10,650 nt of DNA. It comes from Octopus sinensis. Its lineage: Eukaryota. Numbering within the stretch: position 1 is the stretch's first letter; every line of letters starts with the position of its first letter. Shown here one piece after another: positions 1 to 8,790 of the stretch. Under the pieces are notes generated by a model, which saw only the letters and a program-made list of their open reading frames with translations, was not told where the DNA came from and ran no database searches. The DNA is taken from assembly GCF_006345805.1 (NCBI RefSeq), contig NW_021827361.1, forward strand, positions 1 through 10,650, read 5' to 3'. A program made the translations under genes and the position numbers.

Positions 1-45
1 TGTGTGTGTGTGTGTGAGTGTGTGTGGTGTGCGGTGTGAGAGAGA

Positions 46-87
<42 letters not shown>

Positions 88-207
88 GCAGGCAGATAGG
101 CAGACAGACAGGCAGACAGACAGATAGATAGATAGATAGATAGATAGGTAGGTAGGTAGGTAGATAGGTAGGTAGGTAGATAGATAGATAGATAGATAGA
201 TAGATGC

Positions 208-242
<35 letters not shown>

Positions 243-319
243 GTAGGTAGGTAGGTAGTGATGATAGATAGATAGATAGGTAGGTGGTAGGTAGGTAGGT
301 ATGTAGATCGATAGATAGA

Positions 320-352
<33 letters not shown>

Positions 353-362
353 AGATAGATAG
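1..362. repeat. Compound microsatellite (GT)n-(GA)n-(GACA/GGCA)n-(GATA/GGTA)n
   Basis: Successive di- and tetranucleotide arrays read directly from the sequence. Confidence 0.97.
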
Positions 363-452
363 ACCGAGGTCTGCGTGGGTGTCAGTGCAACAGTACCGAG
401 TGTGAATTTTTGAAAAGAGACTTGCAAACGACTGACTGATGATATGTATAAC

Positions 453-458
453 GTTATA

Positions 459-507
<49 letters not shown>

Positions 508-880
508 ATATGTATGTATGTATGTATGTATATATATGCATACTTATGTTTATGCATGTATGTATGTATGTATATATATGCATACTTATGTTTATGTCTG
601 TCTGTTTGCATGTATGCATGCATATATGTATGCATGTATGTGTGTATTCATGTGTGTATGTATGTGTGTGCTTATATATGTATATATGTACGTGTGTATG
701 TGTTTGTTCATGTATGTATATGTGTGTATATATGTAAGTATGCATGTGTATATATGTGTGTATGTATGTGTGTGTGCTTATATATGCATGTATGCATTAT
801 GTGTGTGTATGTTTGTAAGTATGCATGTATATGTATGTATATATGTGTGTATGTATGTATGCGTGTGTATGTTATGTGTG
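453..880. repeat. (TA)n followed by degenerate (TATG)n/(TG)n array with an internal 42-bp tandem duplication (about 513-554 and 555-596)
   Basis: Read directly; TACTTATGTTTATG occurs at 541-554 and 583-596. Confidence 0.95.
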
Positions 881-889
881 TGTCAGTGC

Positions 890-1340
890 CTATTCGATTG
901 AATATACAGAGAAAACTAAAAGCGGAAGCATTGTAAGTATTACCGATCCGTGTTCGTTCGAAAGTGACGATTATTATATTTCGTTTTTATGTTGCTTTAT
1001 TTCATTTCAATTTCTTTTTTCGTGTTTTTGTTTTATACGACGGCTGCCATTACATCACCGTCAGACTATGATGAGTTGTGTTACGTACGCAATCGATTAT
1101 ATATTTTTACGAACACTTTTATTTCTTGTCTCCATGTGTCCGAGTTTGATTATGTCACGTGACACGTTCTCGCAGCGATGTGTTCTAGTTAGTTTCATTT
1201 CGTGACGGCGGATTAGCAAAACTGGAGCGGTGTCAGAGTTCAGTCTGCTGTTCGCGGTTCTAGTTCCATTGGATCAAAACATTAGGGCTTTATGCCTTTC
1301 GCTACTTTGAATGTGAAAACCGTTCTCTATTGTAGGTATG
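890..1340. promoter_or_regulatory. CpG-rich unique island, possible regulatory region
   Basis: Many CpGs in AT-rich non-repetitive sequence. ETS-like GCGGAAG at about 922-928, GTCACGTGAC at 1154-1163, donor-like GTAAGT at 933 and AG|GTATG at 1336. Motif-level evidence only. Confidence 0.22.
1153..1164. promoter_or_regulatory. Perfect 12-bp palindrome TGTCACGTGACA containing an E-box (CLEAR/USF/MiT-TFE-type GTCACGTGAC)
   Basis: The palindrome is seen directly; transcription-factor binding is inferred from the known bHLH-ZIP consensus. Confidence 0.35.
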
Positions 1341-2002
1341 GCTTAGTTTAGTGAGACGAAGGCTCTAGACAAGGATCATCGGATTGTTCTACCTCTTCTG
1401 GCCACAGTTGGGTCGGATTCATGGCAGATGGATTCAACAGGATCAATTCGCCGGGTCTTTCAGTTATGCCTTTCTATTGTGAAAGGAAAACCCAGACACA
1501 AAACCTCAGATTTGTGTACTATAACCCTTATAAATACAGCTGGAACTACAGAGGTTGAAAACAAGGGACCAGTTTACCTTAGGCCTCCTTGCTTGATTGA
1601 ACCCCAACCCTGTCCTTCTTGCCTAAGGTCTTTTTCAGGTATTTCTTAGCATTTATCTTGGTTTACTTGACTTGGAACTGTGTGGCCTAAGCATTTTGGC
1701 CTAAGTACAGTTTAGCTTAAGCGTTTTGGACATTTGCCAAAATCTCCAACACCGTGACAACTCTGCCATTAATTTATCAGTTTTAACATTTAATATTTAT
1801 GTATAACATTTAACGTTCTTGAACTTATGTATATTTGTATGTAACCTTTTACGTATTTATGTTCGTGTATAAAGGGTCAGATTTTTTTCCTCCTTTTGCA
1901 TTCAACCTTTCCATATATAACCTGTTATTTCCAGTTACATATTATAAACTTACGTTGATTATACACTTAGTGATGTACCTGTCTCTTTTATCGATTTATC
2001 TA

Positions 2003-2210
2003 TTTACTTGTTTTTGTCACTAGACTGTGGCCATGCTGCAGCACCGCGTTGAGGAATATCAGTCGAACGACTCGACCCTTGTTTTCAATATTTCTTTTTA
2101 ACTTGGTGCTTAACCTATTAGCATTATTTGCCGAACACCTGAATTTGGTGGACGTAAACATAACGACACCGGTGGTCAAACGCTAGTGGGGGACAATCAC
2201 GGGCACAAGA
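2003..2210 (-). mobile_element. Diverged SINE 3' module, copy A
   Basis: Colinear similarity to 2266-2460, 6333-6537 and 6622-6772: TTTACTTGTTT..GACTG(T/C)GGCCATGCTG..GCACC, AGTCGAAC, TTTGCCGAAC, GGACGTAAAC, GGGGACAA. Confidence 0.8.
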
Positions 2211-2265
2211 TTTGTTTTTGTTTTTGTTCTTTTGGTGTTTTATTTTTGCTTTTCTTATTCATGAA

Positions 2266-2460
2266 TTTGTTTCAGTCATTTGACTGCGACCATGCTGGAG
2301 CATCACGTTTAGTCGAACAAATCAACCCCAGGACTTATTCTTTGTAAGCCTAGTACTTATTATATCGGTCACTTTTGCCGAACCGCTAAGTTACGGCGAC
2401 GTAAACTCACTAGCATCGGTTGTCAAGCGATGTTGTGGGGACAAACACGGACACACAAAC
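2266..2460 (-). mobile_element. SINE 3' module, copy B (best preserved), running into a (CA)n tract
   Basis: TTGTTTCAGTCATTTGACTGCGACCATGCTGGAGC..GCCGAACCGCTAAGTTACGG..GGGGACAAACAC. Three homologues in this window, and it matches an abundant octopus repeat as I recall it. Orientation is inferred from the T-rich run at 2211-2265 (A-rich tail on the minus strand). Confidence 0.85.
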
Positions 2461-2548
2461 ATATACACACACATACACACACTCACACACCAACACACAC
2501 ATACATATATATATGTGTGTGTGTGTATTTGTGTGTGTTTGTGTGTGT
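2450..2548. repeat. (CA)n-(TA)n-(TG)n quasi-palindromic microsatellite
   Basis: Read directly; centre near 2510. Confidence 0.9.
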
Positions 2549-2590
2549 AAAGGGGAGAGTAATGTTCACCTGAGTGCAAGGAGAGAATAA
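2541..2590 (+). repeat. 50-bp direct repeat, copy 1
   Basis: GTGTGTGTAAAGGGGAGAGTAATGTTCACCTGAGTGCAAGGAGAGAATAA; 47/50 identical to 3656-3705. Confidence 0.92.
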
Positions 2591-2689
2591 GATGCAGAGA
2601 GTTTGATAAAGAGATGCAAAACTGTTTGCGGAAACAAAGAATGAGAGACGGCAATAATGTTCTTTCTTTGCTCCATGCTTAAATCAACG

Positions 2690-2880
2690 AAGTCTAAGAT
2701 CAAAGGCGTTCTGGCCGTGACCATCCTGTCGTTTACAATTTATTGTTTTCATACATGTATCTTGGACTACATTGTCCAATGTGACTTAGATATTTTAAAG
2801 AGAGTAGTATGTGATTAGATCGTGCTTCGGCTGATAATAGATGCAGATGTATATACAGCATGCAGAGGCCCGCCCCCCTT
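2690..2880. mobile_element. Probable old interspersed repeat fragment
   Basis: GATCAAAGGCGTTCTGGCCGTGACCATCC..GGACTACATTGTCCAATGTG..GCAGAGGCCC resembles a repeat I recall from octopus DNA. No second copy, TIR or TSD in the window. Confidence 0.35.
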
Positions 2881-3009
2881 AATAGCTTATCGGTAAATAC
2901 ATACGCAAGGAACAAGGGAGAGAGATTTTGAGAGTGGATTCACCGCTAATTCTGTCGGATTTAATGAGCGTGGAGTTCCATCCATCACTAGTCTGCGAGT
3001 GTGTTTGGT

Positions 3010-3645
3010 AAAGGGGTGAGAAGGAGAGAGAGGAGAGTTTTTGTGGAAGAACGTGATATTGTTGGTGTGAGTGTGAGAGAGGGAGTGAGAGAGAAAGAGA
3101 GAGAAAGGGGGATATGGAGACTGAGAAAGAGGCTGGAGATTGGAAGAGAGAGGAAGAGAGGAAGAACGCGAAAGAGGGAGGGTTAGAGAGAAGGAGAGAG
3201 AAAGAGAAAGAGGGAGAGAGAGGGAGAGAGAAGGAAAGAGGGAGAGCGAGAAAGAGGGAGAGTGAAGGACAGGGAGAGACAGTCAGAGAGAGGCAGTGAG
3301 ACAGAGTCAGTGAGAGAGTGAGAGAGTGAGAGAGAGACGAGAATGAGAGAGAGAAATCGAGATAAAAGGGGAGAGAGAGAGAGAATGTGTGTTGTAGAAA
3401 AAAACGAAAGAAAAAATAAAGAGCAGAAGAATGAAAGAAACAAACAAACAAACAAACAACAAAGAAGGACAGAAAGAAAGAAAGAAAGAAAGCAGGGAAG
3501 AGAGAATGAAGGAGAGAGAGAAGAAGGTGTCAAATAATAAGACGTATGTGTGAAAGAGAGAAAATGAATATTGTGAGAGAGAGAGAGAAAGAGAAAGAGA
3601 GAGAAAGAAAGATAAGATTTAAGAGAGGGAGAGATTAAAGTAGAT
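3010..3645. repeat. Purine-rich low-complexity tract: degenerate (GA)n, (AAAC)n, (GAAA)n
   Basis: Read directly; strong purine/pyrimidine strand asymmetry. Confidence 0.92.
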
Positions 3646-3655
3646 CTGTGTGTGT

Positions 3656-3705
3656 GTGTGTGTAAAAGAGAGAGTAATGTTCGCCTGAGTGCAAGGAGAG
3701 AATAA
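3656..3705 (+). repeat. 50-bp direct repeat, copy 2
   Basis: GTGTGTGTAAAAGAGAGAGTAATGTTCGCCTGAGTGCAAGGAGAGAATAA; three transitions versus 2541-2590. Confidence 0.92.
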
Positions 3706-3715
3706 TGTTTCTGAA

Positions 3716-3836
3716 CGAGAGAGAGAGAGAGAGAGAGAAAAAGGAAGGTCTGTGAGAGGGAAAGTGAAGCATTAAACTCTGTGCGCGCGCGTGTGTGTGT
3801 GTGTGTATGTGTGCGTGTGTGCGTGTGTGTGTGTGA
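3716..3836. repeat. (GA)n at about 3716-3738 and (GC)n/(GT)n at about 3780-3836
   Basis: Read directly. Confidence 0.9.
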
Positions 3837-3949
3837 AAGTAATGTAAATTCTTGCTTTCAGATATTCTTTGCGTATTTACGACTTTGAGGATATTTTAGA
3901 GTGACATTAGCCATTGTATTGTATAACATTGGTTGGGAGCAGACGATAG

Positions 3950-4238
3950 GGAGAAAGAAGAGATGGAGAGAGAAGGAGAGTGAGAAAGAGAGGGAAGACT
4001 GAGAGAGGGAGAAAGTAGGGTAAGAGTAAGGGGGAAGAGGAGGAATATATTGGAGAAGGGGTATGGAAAAGTGTGATGAGACAATAAGGAGAGTGAAACA
4101 GAGATGGAGAGGGAAAATGAAGAAGGGGAGGAGTATGAGAAAGAAAGTGAGAGTAAGGCTGTTAGAGAGGAAGAAGTAAGGGACAGAAGGAGGGGAAAGT
4201 GTGGGAGAGTTAGAGAGAGAAAGAGAGAGAGAGAGAGA
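3950..4238. repeat. Purine-rich (GA-type) low-complexity tract
   Basis: Read directly. Confidence 0.88.
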
Positions 4239-4292
4239 TGGATGGATCACGTTCTTTTGGAATGTTTTGCCAAAATGAAGATTGCCAAAAAA

Positions 4293-4333
4293 ATATATAT
4301 GTGTGTGTGCGTGTGTATGTGTGTATGTGTGTG

Positions 4334-4384
<51 letters not shown>

Positions 4385-4642
4385 TATATATATATGTCAG
4401 TTGAGCTTCATTGGGTTTATTTCTTGCTGCGGTCAAACGCATTTAGAATTATAATGCACACGCACACCACACACACACACACACACACACATACAGACAC
4501 ACACACACACAAATACACAAGCATACACACGTACAGGCATACGAATATGTGTACACGTCATACACGCATACAAAGGTACGTACATGTATATCTGCACACA
4601 CTCTCTCACACACACAACCACGTATATATATATGTAGACATA
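4293..4642. repeat. (GT)n-(TA)n at 4293-4396 and degenerate (CA)n at 4455-4642 with a short unique spacer
   Basis: Read directly. Confidence 0.92.
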
Positions 4643-4805
4643 TAACTCGGCTTTCAATGCTCTCGTGTTAACTCAGTCAAATTCTTTGGTGTATAAAACC
4701 AGGATAGTCTTGTGAGTACCATCTTCTAAATGAAAAAGTAGAGTTTACGATCTTAAGTACTACACATTGGTATTTGATCCACCCAGTTTATAAAACGGGT
4801 ATTTA

Positions 4806-4981
<176 letters not shown>

Positions 4982-5118
4982 GTGGAAGGGTGAAATGTGC
5001 GTTTACAGCCAGGGTTCAAGCTGTAAGTTCCGTAATAATTCGCCAGAAATGTTCTTCGGTCTTTTGATGGTACATCCACATCCGCTCAGCAGCTAAACTC
5101 TACAGCTCTACATGAGTT

Positions 5119-5288
5119 GTATGTATGCATGCATGCATGTATGTATGTATATATGTATGTACGTATGTATATATGTATGTATGTACGTATGTATATATGT
5201 ATGTATATATGTATCTATATATGTATGTATGTTTGTATGTATGTATGCATACTTGTATGTATATATGTGTGTGTATGTATGTGTGCAT
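5119..5288. repeat. (TATG)n/(TA)n microsatellite
   Basis: Read directly. Confidence 0.95.
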
Positions 5289-5388
5289 GTCATTATTCAG
5301 TTTATTTCAATATTTCTTGCCAATAGAGAAAGAACCGGTTTCTAACCTAGATTCATTGGAGTTTCATCAGCAACAGGGTATTTTTGTT
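5289..5388. mobile_element. About 100-bp unique cassette embedded in a (TATG)n array, probable short interspersed element
   Basis: Sharp non-repetitive island flanked on both sides by the same TATG microsatellite; no TIR seen. Confidence 0.4.
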
Positions 5389-5446
5389 TGTATGTATGTA
5401 TGTATGTATGTATGTATGTATGTATGCATGTATGTATGTATGTATG

Positions 5447-5477
<31 letters not shown>

Positions 5478-5900
5478 GTATGCATGTATGTATGTATGTA
5501 TGCATGTATGTATGTATGTATGTATGTATGTATGTATGTATGCATGTATGTATGTATTTATGTATGTATGTGTATGTAGTATGTAAGTATGCATGTATGT
5601 ATGTATGTATGTATGTATGCATTATGTATGTATGTATGTATGTATTATGCATGTATGTATGTATGTAATTATGATGTATGTATGCATGTATGTATGTATG
5701 TTGATGTTGTATGTATTATGGCATGTTGTATGTATGTATGTAATGTATGTATGTATGTATGTATGTATGTAGTATGCATGTTATGTATTATGTATGTATG
5801 TATGTATGTAATTATGTATGTATGTAAGTATGTAGGTATGTATGTGATGTATTATTAATGTATTATGTAAGTATGCATGTATGTCTGTATGTACGTATGT
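5389..5900. repeat. Long (TATG)n array, increasingly degenerate rightwards
   Basis: Read directly. Confidence 0.96.
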
Positions 5901-5995
5901 GCAGATTTGTATGTTTTATTTGTATTCTCATGCATAGTTTACATATCTAGCATGCTTGTAATATTTAAATGATTAACTTCTGAAAAATTTTACAG

Positions 5996-6064
5996 ATCTG
6001 TACAGTTCTTGTGATGGGCCGCATCTGTAATCCTCGTATAAGCTTTCTCCTTTCTGGTTTTTAT
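5996..6064 (+). other. Weak candidate 69-nt internal exon (frame 0: ICTVLVMGRICNPRISFLLSGFY)
   Basis: Upstream TTAAC..TTTTACAG| acceptor, |GTAAGT donor, length divisible by 3 and open in one frame. No recognisable homology. Confidence 0.15.
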
Positions 6065-6332
6065 GTAAGTTCGAGTCATATTAGACATAAATAGATTACT
6101 CCGGTGCTCCCTGCGCTGTTCAACCATGGATCAGTTTTAGAGAATTCTCTATCTAATACACCACACATAATGTGCTTACTTCACTAAACTTCATTCGATT
6201 GATGCCACGTGGTCGAGATTGAGACGCGGGAATCTGAAGGTTACAAACGGAATATCAATCGTTGGAGGGATTTCTAGTCATTCACAATTTCGTCACTGCT
6301 TAATCATGTATAACAGCAGACATCTTGGTTTC

Positions 6333-6537
6333 ATCTTTTACTTCTCTCAGTCATTAGACCGCGGCCATGCTGGGGCACCACCGCGAAGAATTTTAGTGGA
6401 AAGCATTGACTCCAGTACATTTTTTAAAATCATTTCAAACCGGGTACTGATTCTCTCGGGTTATTTTACCGAACCGCTAAGTTACATGAAAGGAAACACG
6501 CATACCGTTTGTGAAGCGGGGGTGGAGACAATACACA
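6333..6537 (-). mobile_element. Diverged SINE 3' module, copy C
   Basis: CTTTTACTT..CAGTCATTAGACCGCGGCCATGCTGGGGCACC..TTAGT..CCGAACCGCTAAGTTAC..GACAA, homologous to copy B and followed by (CA)n to about 6610. Confidence 0.82.
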
Positions 6538-6621
6538 TGCGCACCCACCCACACACGCCCACACATACACGCATGTACACACACGCACGCACACAGGCAC
6601 ACGCACATATGCCTTCTTTTC

Positions 6622-6772
6622 TTCTCTTATTTGCATCCCTCATTAGGCTGCATCCATTTTGGTCACCGCCTAGAAGAATTCTTAGTCGAATGAATCGAGC
6701 CCAGGACCACATTTTTAAAACTGGTATTTATTCTATCGTCACTTGCCGTACCGCTAAGGTACGGACCAAACA
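6622..6772 (-). mobile_element. More diverged SINE 3' module, copy D
   Basis: TCATTAGGCTG..CACCGCC..TTAGTCGAATGAATCGAGCCCAGGAC..TATTCTATCG..GCCGTACCGCTAAG, homologous to copies B and C. Confidence 0.72.
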
Positions 6773-6786
6773 CACACACATATACA

Positions 6787-6840
<54 letters not shown>

Positions 6841-6864
6841 TATATAATATATATTAATATATTA

Positions 6865-6902
<38 letters not shown>

Positions 6903-6903
6903 C
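6770..6903. repeat. (CA)n-(TA)n microsatellite
   Basis: Read directly. Confidence 0.95.
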
Positions 6904-6904
6904 T

Positions 6905-7215
6905 ATAAATCTAAGGTAGAACAGAGAGAACACACAACAAACGGAAACCAACAGAACACAACATGCGGAAAAATAGACGATAGCACGTCAAACGGCAGAC
7001 AGGACAAAACAAAATACACGAATCATTCGCAGCTGATTAGCTCAACAGTCGGAATCCGGAGAGTTCTTGTAGTTTCGCTCCTTTATCTACGATACCACTC
7101 TAATCTGGTGGGGTATCAGGCACCGAAGCTAAAAGCATTAAACCTCTGGGAATGGCGAACGAATGTATATAAGAACGAAAGCAATAGCAGAAATAAAAAT
7201 GAGAAAGCCAGAATT
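6905..7215. other. About 310-bp unique cassette between (TA)n and (TACA)n, possible inserted element
   Basis: Non-repetitive island bounded by microsatellites, with an internal hairpin at 7091-7117 (GATACC..GGTATC). No TIR and no recognisable protein. Confidence 0.35.
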
Positions 7216-7350
7216 ATACATACATACATACAAACATACATACATACATACATACACAACAAACATAGATACATACATACATACATACATACATACATAC
7301 ATACATACATACACATATGTATGCATACATACGTATATACATACATATAT
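7216..7350. repeat. (TACA)n microsatellite
   Basis: Read directly; abuts the SINE at 7351-7519. Confidence 0.95.
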
Positions 7351-7519
7351 TATATACGACGGCCTTCTTTCAGTTTCCGTCTAGCAGATCCACTCGCAAG
7401 GCTTTGACCGACTCGAGGCTATAGCAGAAGACACTTGCCCAAGGCGTCACATAGTGGAACCGAACCAGGAATTATGTGGCTGGAAGGTAAACTTCTTCTC
7501 CACCGCCACGCCTACGCCT
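7351..7519 (-). mobile_element. tRNA-derived CORE-type SINE, 5' module (E)
   Basis: Minus strand reads AGGCGTAGGCGTGGCGGTGG (degenerate A box), GGTTCGGTTCC (B-box-like), CCTTGGGCAAGTGTCTT (resembles the MIR/CORE motif CCTTGGGCAAGT), then GGAAACTGAAAGAAGGCCGTCGTATATA running into microsatellite. Confidence 0.85.
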
Positions 7520-7695
7520 AATACACCTCATAAAGGTAAACCGTATGGACACAATCACTGCCAATGAGTTACGAAGCACAGAAGTCTGAGAGTAAATAAT
7601 GAAGGATATCTCTCACTTTTAAAAGAAACAAATAATCCACCTTATTAATATTTCTCTAAAGCTTTTGTCCTTATATGGCATCCCTTTGAATCTGA

Positions 7696-7811
7696 TGTTG
7701 TTGTTGTTATTACTGCTGTTGTTGTTGTCATTGAGATGCAGGTTATCAGTTCTTATTGATAGATGGCAGATAATGCTTTCTTTTGTTGGGTGATCCGGTA
7801 TCTGTGCACGA

Positions 7812-7842
<31 letters not shown>

Positions 7843-7902
7843 CGGAAAGAGAGAGAATAGAGAAGAATGAAATGGCTTGTTCAAGACAATGGACATGGAA
7901 GG

Positions 7903-7971
<69 letters not shown>

Positions 7972-8300
7972 TATACATACATATATATATATGTATGTAT
8001 GTATGTAGTTATATATATATATATGTATTCTATATATGTATGTATGTATGTATATTATGTATGTTATATATGTATGTATGTATATATATGTTTGTAATAT
8101 ATATATGTATGTATATATATATGTATGTAATGTATATATATGTTTGTATATATATATATGTATGTATATATATATATAATGTATATATATATGTATGTAT
8201 GTATATATATACATATATATATATGTATGTATATATATATGTATGTATGTATATATATATATATATATGTATGTATATATATGTATATGTATATATATGT
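7696..8300. repeat. (GTT)n at about 7696-7728, (GA)n at about 7814-7863, and long (TA)n/(TATG)n at 7908-8300
   Basis: Read directly. Confidence 0.93.
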
Positions 8301-8339
8301 GATAACAGAGAACCCTATCAAAGTCCACAAGTTATTGAT

Positions 8340-8790
8340 GTTGCTACTAACGATATTGATGATGATGAGGAAGCGGAGGACGGGGTGAGGATGAGGAGGT
8401 GGAAGAGGAGGGAAAGGCGGGGAGTGAAGGAAGAAAAGCAGAAGCATTAGGAGAACGACCATGTTGACGACTATGATAGAGAGGAAGACGATGATGTGGA
8501 GGGGAGGATGAGAATACGGGGTTGGGGGTGGAAGAGGGAGGATTATGATGATGATGATGACGAAGAAGCGGAAAGCAATGACAATGATGGCGTTAATGAC
8601 GATGATGATGATGACAATGACGACGACGATGATGATGACAACGATGATGATGATGATGATGATGTCGGTAATGGTAGCGGTGGTGATGATGACAGTGGTG
8701 GCGGTGGCGGTGGTGGTGGTGGTGATGCTGGGAGTGATAATGACGATGAAATTGATGACGATGACGATGACGACGGCGACGATTGTCCAA
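8340..8790. repeat. Compound trinucleotide low-complexity tract (GAT/GAG/GAC/GGT/GGC)n
   Basis: Read directly; explains the poly-D/G, poly-M, poly-H and poly-I ORFs. Confidence 0.92.

Noticed and set aside
435-465. CTGATGA followed by the palindrome TATAACGTTATA as a possible hammerhead
   Set aside because: No GAAA or stem III follows; it runs into (TA)n.
379-889. GTGTCAGTGC repeated at about 379 and 880 as a possible TSD
   Set aside because: Partly TG-repeat derived, and the enclosed DNA has no element hallmarks.
1153-1759. Solo LTR bounded by TGTCACG..CGTGACA with an internal TATA box
   Set aside because: Flanks ATTA and ACTC give no TSD, no poly(A) signal is evident, and the left end is explained by the E-box palindrome.
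3845-3902. Acceptor-like TTCTTGCTTTCAG followed by YSLRIYDFEDILE-stop
   Set aside because: All frames stop before a good donor, and the peptide is too short to assign.
6170-6260. Possible very old minus-strand SINE head (GGTCGAGATTGAGACGCGG)
   Set aside because: Similarity to 9820-9900 is too weak to support by eye.
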